A stretch of 64,000 bases of DNA. Source: Terriglobia bacterium (GTDB taxonomy: Bacteria > Acidobacteriota > Terriglobia > 2-12-FULL-54-10). A program made the translations under genes and the position numbers. Positions 9,290-17,338 of the stretch are shown here, in pieces. A model generated the notes under the pieces. It was not told the origin of the DNA. It searched no databases and worked only from the letters and a program-made list of their open reading frames with translations. Within the stretch, counting starts at the first letter, position 1. Each line of letters begins with the position of its first letter. The DNA lies in the NCBI GenBank assembly GCA_963666975.2, contig CAXVYR010000003.1, positions 416,001 to 480,000 on the forward strand, in the 5' to 3' direction.

Positions 9290-9952
9290 ATGGAGGAATT
9301 GCTGCTGCCGCTTTTTCCTTTGCAGGTGGTCCTGTTTCCGGAGACCATCCTGTTCTTGCACATCTTTGAAGACCGCTACAAACAGATGATCGGCGAATGT
9401 CTGGAAAATCAATGGGAGTTTGGAGTGGTGCTGGTTCGCGAAGAGTCGCTCGAAAACACCGGCTGTACCGCGTCGATCTCCGAGGTCGTCCGCAAATATG
9501 ACGAGGGGCAGATGGATATCCGCGTCCGTGGAGTCCGCCGTTTTGAGATTCTGCTCCTGAACCGGGAGAAAGCTTATCTTCGAGCGAGCTGCCAATTTGT
9601 TGGGGATGAGGAAGCGTCGGTGCTGGCGAATGGAACGGCTGCAGCGGAGGCGGAGGGAGAGGGTACGCGAAGGCGGGAAGCCATCCGTCTCTACAAGCAG
9701 GCGGTAGAAATGCTTCCACAGCATGAGCCTCTTGCTGCCGGGCAGCAGCCGAATTGGTCTGCTCCAGAGCTTTCCTTTCAGCTGATGTCGCGGTTGCCGG
9801 CTGACCTTGAGTGGAAGCAAGCTCTGTTGCAAATGCGCTCGGAAGAGCAGCGCCTGGCGGAGACGATTTCCTACCTGAAGAAGCTGCTGGGACATCTGAC
9901 CCGGGTCGCAAACACGCGCGCCAAAGCAGGCAGTAACGGGCACTGCCGCTAG
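9290..9952 (+). CDS. Stand-alone Lon N-terminal substrate-binding domain protein
   Basis: LPLFPLQVVLFP...LHIFEDRYKQMIGECL; no AAA or protease domain. Confidence 0.9.
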   Translation: MEELLLPLFPLQVVLFPETILFLHIFEDRYKQMIGECLENQWEFGVVLVREESLENTGCTASISEVVRKYDEGQMDIRVRGVRRFEILLLNREKAYLRASCQFVGDEEASVLANGTAAAEAEGEGTRRREAIRLYKQAVEMLPQHEPLAAGQQPNWSAPELSFQLMSRLPADLEWKQALLQMRSEEQRLAETISYLKKLLGHLTRVANTRAKAGSNGHCR

Positions 9953-10017
9953 CCGGGCGGCTTCTGCTATAATGAATCCTCGCTGACGGGTGCAATCTTT
10001 TCGGGGTAAGCAAAACA

Positions 10018-11576
10018 ATGAAATCCAAGCCAAAAACTTTGGGAGAACTTCGCCAGAGCGAATTCTCGGAGGAGAACTACAAGCGCCGTTCGGTGAAGGA
10101 CGAGATGCGGCAGAATTTGATCTGCCACCTGGAGCAATCCGACGCTCTTTTTCCCGGAATCGTCGGATACGACGATACGGTGATTCCGCAGATTGTCAAC
10201 GCCGTCCTCTCTCGCCACAACTTCATCTTGCTGGGGCTGCGCGGGCAAGCCAAGAGCCGCATTCTGCGGGCCCTCGCTGGTTTGCTCGATGAGCAACTGC
10301 CTGTGCTGACGGGGTGTGAGATTAACGACAATCCCTATGCGCCTATCTGCCGTGCCTGCCGCTTGCTGCTGGACTGCCTGTGCTGACGGGGTGTGAGATT
10401 AACGACAATCCCTATGCGCCTATCTGCCGTGCCTGCCGCTTGCTGCTGGAAGAGAAAGGCGACGCTGCGCCGGTGGCTTTTCTTCCCCGGGAGTTTCGTT
10501 ATGTGGAGAAACTGGCTACTCCGGACGTAACCATCGCCGATATGATTGGGGACATCGATCCCATCAAAGCGGCGCGAGGCGGGCACCAGCTTTCCGATGA
10601 ATTGAACATTCACTTTGGCCTGCTTCCCAGGGCCAATCGCGGCATTTTTGCCATCAATGAGCTGCCGGACTTGGCCGGGAAAATTCAGGTGGGACTGTTC
10701 AACATCATGCAGGAAGGCGATGTCCAAATTAAGGGTTTCCCGATCCGTCTGCCTCTGGACGTGGCGCTGGTTTTTACGGCGAACCCGGAGGACTACACGG
10801 CGCGCGGAAAGATTATCACTCCTTTGAAAGACCGCATCGGCTCGGAGATTCGCACGCACTATCCGGCGGACTTGGAGGAAGGGATTGCAATCACGCAGCA
10901 GGAAGCGTGGCTGGCTCGCGACGGCCGGCGGCTGGTCGTGCCGGGGTTTATCCGCGAGGTGGTGGAGCAGATTGCTTTTCTGGCGCGCGCAGATAAAAAG
11001 ATTGACAAGCGGTCCGGGGTGAGCCAGCGCATGCCCATTACCTGCATAGAAAACGTGGCATCGAACGCCGAGCGGCGGGCGATTCGCAACAAAGAGGAGG
11101 TAGGAGTTCCGCGAATCATGGACTTGTATGGGGCATTGCCCGCAATGACCGGCAAATTTGAGTTGGAGTATGAGGGTGAGCTGAAAGGAGCCGACACTGT
11201 CGCAAAGGAACTGATTCGTGGCGCCATTGGAAAGGTTTTTAAGAAGCACTATGACAACGTGGACTTGCAGCAGGTTGTGCAATGGTTCGAGCTGGGAGGC
11301 TCTCTGAAACTTTCCGAGTCGATGCCGGCGGTGGAGGTGCTGGCAGCTTTGCGGAAGATTCAAGGCCTTGTGGATAAGACGGGGGCTCTCGGCATCCGTC
11401 CGAAAGATAAAAATAATGCGGCACTGGTAGTCTCAGCTGCTGAGTTCATCCTGGAGGGACTCTACGCGCAGCGGCGCATCAGCCGTTCCGAGGAGAGGGG
11501 TTTCATTGCAGGTGAAAGAAAGCAGACGCCCGCGCTTCAGGAAGAGTTCCGGCCTCACAGGCGGCCCTATAACTAG
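10018..11576 (+). CDS. ChlI/magnesium-chelatase-like AAA+ ATPase, split by a 77-bp tandem duplication (probably intact in vivo)
   Basis: GLRGQAKS Walker A in ORF 10018-10386; FAINELPDL and TANPEDY in ORF 10380-11576. Removing one copy of 10296-10372 restores a single frame. Confidence 0.85.
10296..10449 (+). repeat. Exact 77-bp tandem duplication
   Basis: 10296-10372 is identical to 10373-10449. Confidence 0.97.
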
Positions 11577-11623
11577 AAATCGCGCGGGCCAGGGGGCGCA
11601 TTCGCTGGCGGGTTGAATCTCTG

Positions 11624-12883
11624 ATGAAATTTATTACCTACAAAAAATTCGAGGGCGGTGATTGGGATTCCATCGACATGGATGATCTGCTCAACCGGCT
11701 GGCTGATTTTCTCCTCCAAAGCGGATACCAATCGCAATTCTACGATTTTTACGAGATGGATGGGGACCGCACCCTGGACCAGTTGCGTCAGGCCATCCGG
11801 AATGCTTTGATGGAAGGCGATCTGTTTCCCGAGGACCAAATGCAGCAGATGATGGAGCAGTTGCAGAACATGTCCCCGGAGCAGCAGGAACAATTGGTCA
11901 ACCAGTTGATTGAACGCATGGAGCAGGAGGGCTATGTCAGCATTACAGAGCCGCCGGACCCCTCCATGCAGCAAGACCAGCCCCGTCGCGGGGAGGGTGG
12001 CTTGGGACCGGAGAGCCGCGCGCAGTTCGAGTTGACCGATAAAAGCCTGGATTTCCTGGGCTTCAAAACTCTTAAAGACCTGCTGGGCTCGCTCGGCAAG
12101 AGCAGCTTTGGGCGGCACGACACACGGGACTTGGCCACGGGAATTGAATCCTCCGGCGCATCCAAAAAGTATGAGTTTGGTGACAACCTGAATCTGGACA
12201 TCAGCGGGACGCTTTCTGCGGCGATCAAGCGGCAAGGGCTGAAGCTGCCTTTGGAGATTGACTATAACGATCTGCTCGTGCACCAGTCCGAATACCAAAG
12301 CTCCTGCGCGACCGTCCTGATGCTGGATTGCAGCCACAGCATGATTCTCTACGGAGAGGACCGCTTCACCCCAGCCAAGCGTGTGGCGCTGGCCCTGTCG
12401 CACTTAATTCGCGCCCAGTATCCCGGCGACACGCTGCACCTGATTCTGTTCCACGATTCCGCCGAAGAAGTGCCGCTGAGCCATCTGGCCCGCGTGCAGG
12501 TCGGACCCTATTACACCAACACGCGCGAGGGATTGCGCTTGGCGCAGCGCATCTTGTCACGGCAGCAGAAAGACATGCGGCAGATCATCATGATCACCGA
12601 CGGAAAACCATCGGCGCTGACCCTGGAAGACGGACGCATCTACAAGAACGCCTTCGGGCTCGACCCGCTCGTAGTCAGCAAAACGCTCGAGGAAGTGTCG
12701 AAGTGCAAGCGGGCCGGCATTCTGATTAACACCTTCATGCTGGCCAGCGACTACGGCCTGGTGCAATTCGTTCAGAAGGTGACGGAACTATGCCGCGGGA
12801 AGGCCTATTTCACCACTCCCTACAACCTGGGACAGTATCTGCTGATGGACTACATGCAGAATAAGACCCGGACCATCCACTAA
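11624..12883 (+). CDS. von Willebrand factor A domain protein
   Basis: MIDAS DCSHS, YTNT, ITDG; usual partner of the upstream AAA ATPase. Confidence 0.92.
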   Translation: MKFITYKKFEGGDWDSIDMDDLLNRLADFLLQSGYQSQFYDFYEMDGDRTLDQLRQAIRNALMEGDLFPEDQMQQMMEQLQNMSPEQQEQLVNQLIERMEQEGYVSITEPPDPSMQQDQPRRGEGGLGPESRAQFELTDKSLDFLGFKTLKDLLGSLGKSSFGRHDTRDLATGIESSGASKKYEFGDNLNLDISGTLSAAIKRQGLKLPLEIDYNDLLVHQSEYQSSCATVLMLDCSHSMILYGEDRFTPAKRVALALSHLIRAQYPGDTLHLILFHDSAEEVPLSHLARVQVGPYYTNTREGLRLAQRILSRQQKDMRQIIMITDGKPSALTLEDGRIYKNAFGLDPLVVSKTLEEVSKCKRAGILINTFMLASDYGLVQFVQKVTELCRGKAYFTTPYNLGQYLLMDYMQNKTRTIH

Positions 12884-12940
12884 GTAGCGACAGGCCTCCA
12901 GGCCTGTACAACAACGACAGGCGTGGACGCCTGTCGCTAC
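12884..12940. repeat. GTAG-type REP doublet (REPIN-like)
   Basis: GTAGCGACAGGCCTCCAGGCCTGT ... GACAGGCGTGGACGCCTGTCGCTAC: two inverted hairpins, each with a GTAG foot. Confidence 0.85.
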
Positions 12941-12949
12941 TTGATGCTT

Positions 12950-12968
12950 TGATGTATAATATACATCA
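12950..12968 (+). promoter_or_regulatory. Operator palindrome overlapping TATAAT and the start codon of a TA remnant
   Basis: TGATGTATA-A-TATACATCA perfect 9-bp inverted repeat containing TATAAT at 12955-12960. Confidence 0.7.
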
Positions 12969-13120
12969 TGAAACGCACACAGCTATATTTGGACGAGGCC
13001 ATCTGGAAGGCGGCTCAGGAGAATCGCGTCTTGAAGGCTGTTCTGGTGGACTCGGATATCTTGATTGTAGTTTCGCGCACCCGCAACAATGCTACCAGAA
13101 GCTGTCAGAAGATTTTGTGA
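12968..13120 (+). pseudogene. Collapsed vapBC-type TA remnant (RHH antitoxin N-terminus joined to PIN toxin N-terminus)
   Basis: Translates as MKRTQLYLDEAIWKAAQENRV-LKAVLVDSDILIVVSR...: a CopG/RHH-like start followed in frame by a PIN-like first strand (VLVDSDILI). Confidence 0.7.
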
Positions 13121-14912
13121 AGTCCCTACATTTGGGACAGCAGATTACAACCTTTGGCTTACCCAGAATGACTTTCTCTCCTTCCTCCGTGAACAGGCGC
13201 AGGACGAAGAGGCCATTCTCTACGCAGGCGCGCCGCACACCTTCATCCATGGTGTATTGGTTCCTGCTGACGCCCTAGAACCACTAGACATCGATGATTT
13301 ATTGAATTGGAATGATTGCGCTCCATTTGGGTCCTGGAGTGTAGCATACACGTTTCCCCACAGCGGACTTCCGTCTAAAGTTTCGATTACTCCGCCTCTG
13401 GACCACACTAGCTCCAAGACGCTCGACAAAGGGGAACAGCTTGTTTTTTACAGACAGTTTGACGGGCGAAATGAAGATCAGTGCTATTTTGAGATAGAGA
13501 CCAAGCTCGCCCACATCCACAATCTCCACTATGTACCTGAACGAAAGGCATTTTGCCGGTTCAACGAAGAGGGAGACATCGAAGACATCATCCGCATCGT
13601 GTGCCTGAGCAACCACAGCCGGGATGTTGGTACAGTTGTCACCATACGAAGAGAGGTGCTCGATTTGCACCTGGCTTTGACAAATGCCGCGCTCGTGCAG
13701 GTTTTCGACTCGACGCGATGTGATCCGTACAATTTTGGTGGCTGGAATGGCCATTCGGAGGAGGTGGTTAAAGCTACAGAACGTGGGTGAACAGCTCTTT
13801 TATCGAATGGGAATCAAACCACGTGTTGGAAGCTACGTTAGGGGATTTCAAATTCTGACGCACACTCAACCCCGCGAGGAATCGCTAAAGAGGATCGTGG
13901 GTGTTAGTGAACCCGCGAAAAAGGAGTACAGATGCGAGTGAACATTCATTACCTACGATTGGAAAAATAAGGTCATCTGTGAGGTGTCTTGTGATCCAAA
14001 GTGTCTCTCTAGCTACTTCAAGGATCCGTTTGCCGCGATCAACGTAGAACGCGCCCGCTTCCGGAACGATCTCGTCGAGGATGTTGACATCGTGTCGATT
14101 TGCCGTTTCAAACTACACCAGCATTCTTCAATCCCCAAGTCCTTATAAAATACAAGAACGATCCAGACAAACACCGACTCGGTCATCGTTCAATTTCATG
14201 CCGGAACGCTTGGCATCTGCAAACTTACGACATCAACAAAGCGGGCCAAGTGCACACATATCTCATTTATCTGAGCAGACTTCCGTACAAAGAACAACTG
14301 TACTGGAAATCGTTCAACGAACAACCAAAAGGGTCCCCGGAAGGACCAATAGGCCCGATTTCAAAGAGGGCGTTCACGACCGATTTCCTGGGTAAATGGG
14401 ACGAATCACCAGACCCTCTACGTGACCTCAAGAGAAAGTTGAATGAGCTAAGAGAAGGGGACGCAAAATGGTGGATGATGACATCTCCTCAGCTAATTGA
14501 ACAGGTCCACTACCCCGTGACCGACTCGGCGAAGGAATGGGCCGATGAATTACTGGCGCTTGATCAGCTCCTAGTCGAAGGCTTAAAGCACAACTACTTT
14601 AAGACCAAACTTGAGAACATGGGATCGAAGCCAGATTCTGAGTGGCGGTCAATTAAGTTGATCGAAGAATGCTTAAAGGCATCACACATGGACGAGCTCC
14701 AGGCCGACGCTATCCTTGAACCATTGCGGGAGCTGCACCGTCTTCGAACGAAAATGAGAGGACACGCCGCTTCAGAACAAGAAAAAGGGCGGATTCGCAC
14801 ACAACTCATTAGGAAGCACGGAAGTCTGAAGCAGCACTTCCGAAGCTTGACGGAAGATTGTCACAAAGCCGTAAAACTGCTTTCGGGCATGGTTGAAAAA
14901 GGTACTCTTTGA
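13089..14912 (+). pseudogene. Disrupted lower-GC hypothetical gene with a C-terminal Rx5H (HEPN-like) motif
   Basis: Protein-like reading across ORFs 13089-13790, 13684-13941, the frame from 13942 (TFITYDWKNKVICEVSCDP) and 14100-14912. Lesions at GGG 13785-87, TGA 13939 and an insert at 14026-14094. RTKMRGH near the C-terminus. Confidence 0.7.
14026..14094 (-). mobile_element. Short internal fragment of an IS4-family transposase
   Basis: Minus strand reads HDVNILDEIVPEAGAFYVDRG, matching the recalled IS4 DDE-region motif HDVNILD..PEAGAFYVMDRGY. Confidence 0.7.
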
Positions 14913-14914
14913 AA

Positions 14915-15223
14915 TTACGCGGCCGTACCTTTAGCGGCTTGCTCCAGCAGTTCGTGGATGAGGGTTTGGTAGGGCTTGGATTGCTTGGCAGCGAGGCGGC
15001 GGAGTTGGGTCAGCAGCCGTGGGTCAATGCGAATGGCGATGAGCTGCTTGGCACGCCCCGTCCTGGGCCGTCCGACGCGACGGGCACGCTGTAGTTCTTT
15101 ATCGGTCGATTCCGGAATATCGGAGAAGTCAATTTGACTGTCTGGGCGGCTATCCTGCATATGCTTTCCGCTCTTTGCGGCTCGCTTGCCGGGCGCTGAT
15201 GATACGAATTGTTTTCGTGCCAT
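14915..15223 (-). CDS. BrnA-family antitoxin
   Basis: IDFSDIPE...GRP...KQLIAIRIDPRLL...PYQTLIHELL. Confidence 0.88.
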   Translation of the reverse strand: MARKQFVSSAPGKRAAKSGKHMQDSRPDSQIDFSDIPESTDKELQRARRVGRPRTGRAKQLIAIRIDPRLLTQLRRLAAKQSKPYQTLIHELLEQAAKGTAA

Positions 15224-15420
15224 TTCCGAACCTCCGCGTAGTTCTTCAAGGCCTTGCGAGTCTGTGTGAAAACTACGGAGAAGGCAAAGCCATCAGAGCC
15301 GCGCGCGTGAGCAAGCGGTCAAACACGTTCGAGAATTCACCGTGCGCTTGGGACCGCTCCATTACTGTCGCGGCTCGGATGGTTTTCTCACAGACCCTTA
15401 CGGGTGTCCCAGGAGAACAT
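15150..15420 (-). pseudogene. BrnT-family toxin, MITE-interrupted and internally deleted
   Basis: MFSWDTR | 140-bp element | KALKNY, then an immediate jump to RRFGNGTKTIRIISARQASRKERKAYAG*. Confidence 0.8.
15258..15397. mobile_element. MITE-like element with 16-bp TIRs carrying the GAGCCGCG REP pair
   Basis: GAGTCTGTGTGAAAAC vs reverse complement GGGTCTGTGAGAAAAC (14/16). Flanked on the minus strand by GTAA and GCAA (4-bp TSD, one mismatch) inside brnT. Confidence 0.8.
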
Positions 15421-15440
15421 ATTAGTGTATATACGCTAAT
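15421..15440 (-). promoter_or_regulatory. Operator palindrome immediately upstream of brnT
   Basis: ATTAGTGTAT/ATACGCTAAT 9/10 inverted repeat abutting the ATG. Confidence 0.65.
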
Positions 15441-15500
15441 TGGGTGAAGATGTCAATATCCTCCCTGCAAGGCGGAAGCAAGCAGCCGGAGCGGTTCCGA

Positions 15501-15659
15501 TTAGGAAAGCGCCTCTTCCTCTAATTTTTTCTTGTGTTTCGGCGACTTCCGGCGGCGGTCCTCCACGCGCCTGGAGGGAGGCGGGACGCCGAGCGCAGCG
15601 CGGGCTCGTCTGCGGACTTCCTTCGTTGCGCTGAATTTTTTCGTTTTTTTGCGGGGCAT
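15501..15659 (-). CDS. Small basic protein (52 aa), below the ORF-track cutoff
   Basis: MPRKKTKKFSATKEVRRRARAALGVPPPSRRVEDRRRKSPKHKKKLEEEALS; resembles small Lys/Arg-rich Acidobacteria hypotheticals (from recall). Confidence 0.6.
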   Translation of the reverse strand: MPRKKTKKFSATKEVRRRARAALGVPPPSRRVEDRRRKSPKHKKKLEEEALS

Positions 15660-15674
15660 TGGCGACTGGACCGA

Positions 15675-15772
15675 TGGCGGAAGCGTATGGGAATCGAACC
15701 CATCGCCCCCCTCGAAAGAGAAGGACCACTGGATTTGAAGTCCAGGCCAGTCACCAGACCAGATTCGCTTCC
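15675..15772 (-). tRNA. selC: tRNA-Sec (UCA)
   Basis: GGAAGCGA AT CTGGTC TGGT GACTGG C CTGGA CTTCAAA TCCAG, long variable arm, ATGGG TTCGATT CCCAT ACGCTTCC GCCA: 8/5 fold with a 6-bp D-stem. Confidence 0.95.
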
Positions 15773-15830
15773 GCTAGCGATTTTAGCACGCGGAATGCGC
15801 TTCGACCAACGGCAAGCGCCGGTGACGAAG

Positions 15831-17240
15831 CTAACTGGAGGGCCTGTGCGAGGCGGCGGCGGAGTCCGCCAGCGTCGCGACCATATTAATCAGATCATAC
15901 TTCGTCAGAATCTCGAACTGGTTGTCTCCCATATCCACAAGGACGGCGGGACTTTCATTGGTCAAAAGGAACGTAACACGGTCGATGGGCGCCTGAGGAT
16001 CGAGCACGGGCAGGGGATCCTTCATGCACTCCCGCAGGACCAACCCGTCCAAGTCCACGCCTCGCAGCGCCAGGTTCAGAATATCATCTTCGCGGACCGT
16101 TCCAATCGAGACGTGATCCTCGAACACGGGCAGTTGCGAGATTTCCTTGTCCTGCATCAGACGCAATGCCTGATGGGCCGTTTCTCCCACCTTGGCGTAG
16201 ATCAGGCGGCTGCCGGGATGGTGCTGTTGCTTGAGCCGCACGACCTCTCCGGCCGTGACGCTCAACTGAGCTTCCCAATACTGATGGCGGCTCATCCATG
16301 CGTCGTTGTAAACTTTGCTCAAGTAACGGTCTCCCCCGTCGGGAATAAACGCGATCAGCATGTCATTTGCCGTCAGCTCCCGCGCCACTCGCAGAGCCAC
16401 CGAGATGGCGCCGCCCGAGGAGCCGCCCGCGAATATCCCTTCCATGCGGGCCAGCTTGCGAGCCCAGACGAAGCACTCCTGGTCTGTAACTTGGTAGATG
16501 TCATCCAGGACTGTAAAATCCATGGTCGTGGGAAAAAAGTCTTCTCCAATGCCCTCCACTACATAAGGCTCGGCTTTGCCCACCGTCCCCTTCTTGACGT
16601 ATTCGTAGTAAAGCGAGCCGACCGGATCGACTCCGATCACTTGGATGGCTGGATTCTGCTGTTTCAAATAGCTCCCCACACCGCTGATCGTCCCTCCGGT
16701 ACCCATGGTTGCGATGAAATGGGTTACTTTCCCCTCGGAATCCTCCCATATCTCCGGTCCGGTCGTTTCCACGTGAGCCTGGGGATTCTGCGGGTTGCCG
16801 TATTGGTTGGGATAGTACGAGTTGGGGATTTCCCGGAATAATTTCTTAGCTACGGAGTAGTAACTCCGAGAGTCTTCCGGTTCGACCGCAGTGGGACAGA
16901 CGATCACTTCGGCTCCCAAGGCGCGGAGCACGTCCATCTTCTCCTGCGATTGTTTGTCGTTTATGGTGAAGATGACTTTGTAGCCTTTGACCGCAGCCAC
17001 CAGTGCCAGGCCCATTCCCGTATTGCCGGATGTCGCCTCAATAATGGTTCCGCCCGGTTTCAACAACCCGCGGCGTTCGGCGTCTGCGATCATCTGGACG
17101 GCGATCCGGTCCTTCACGCTTCCGCCGGGGTTCAGGTTGTCGGCCTTTACGTAAACGGAAGCCGAGATGCCTTTTGTGATTTTGTTCAGCCGGATGAGAG
17201 GCGTTCTGCCGATCGCTTGCAGAATATTGTCACACTTCAT
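15831..17240 (-). CDS. Cystathionine beta-synthase-like PLP enzyme with C-terminal CBS domains
   Basis: NPGGSVKDR, TSGNTG, GTGGT; CBS pair (ISQLPV, ILTKYD). Confidence 0.92.
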   Translation of the reverse strand: MKCDNILQAIGRTPLIRLNKITKGISASVYVKADNLNPGGSVKDRIAVQMIADAERRGLLKPGGTIIEATSGNTGMGLALVAAVKGYKVIFTINDKQSQEKMDVLRALGAEVIVCPTAVEPEDSRSYYSVAKKLFREIPNSYYPNQYGNPQNPQAHVETTGPEIWEDSEGKVTHFIATMGTGGTISGVGSYLKQQNPAIQVIGVDPVGSLYYEYVKKGTVGKAEPYVVEGIGEDFFPTTMDFTVLDDIYQVTDQECFVWARKLARMEGIFAGGSSGGAISVALRVARELTANDMLIAFIPDGGDRYLSKVYNDAWMSRHQYWEAQLSVTAGEVVRLKQQHHPGSRLIYAKVGETAHQALRLMQDKEISQLPVFEDHVSIGTVREDDILNLALRGVDLDGLVLRECMKDPLPVLDPQAPIDRVTFLLTNESPAVLVDMGDNQFEILTKYDLINMVATLADSAAASHRPSS

Positions 17241-17338
17241 GGTTGCAGGCTCCTAGGGTTGCGTGCTCCTTACGGCCAGCGGACAATTGTACTACTGTTG
17301 AGAGAAAACCGCGCCCAGGCACAGCCCAATCCGCAAGC

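Noticed and set aside
13939-13941. In-frame TGA read as selenocysteine
   Set aside because: It lies in a gene with two other lesions, with no redox motif context and no evident SECIS hairpin.
15260-15293. GFAFSVVFT read as part of BrnT
   Set aside because: It falls inside the TIR-bounded element, and the TSD reconstruction explains the locus better.
12884-15675. Integrative element at selC
   Set aside because: No integrase and no duplicated tRNA 3' end (att site) was seen.
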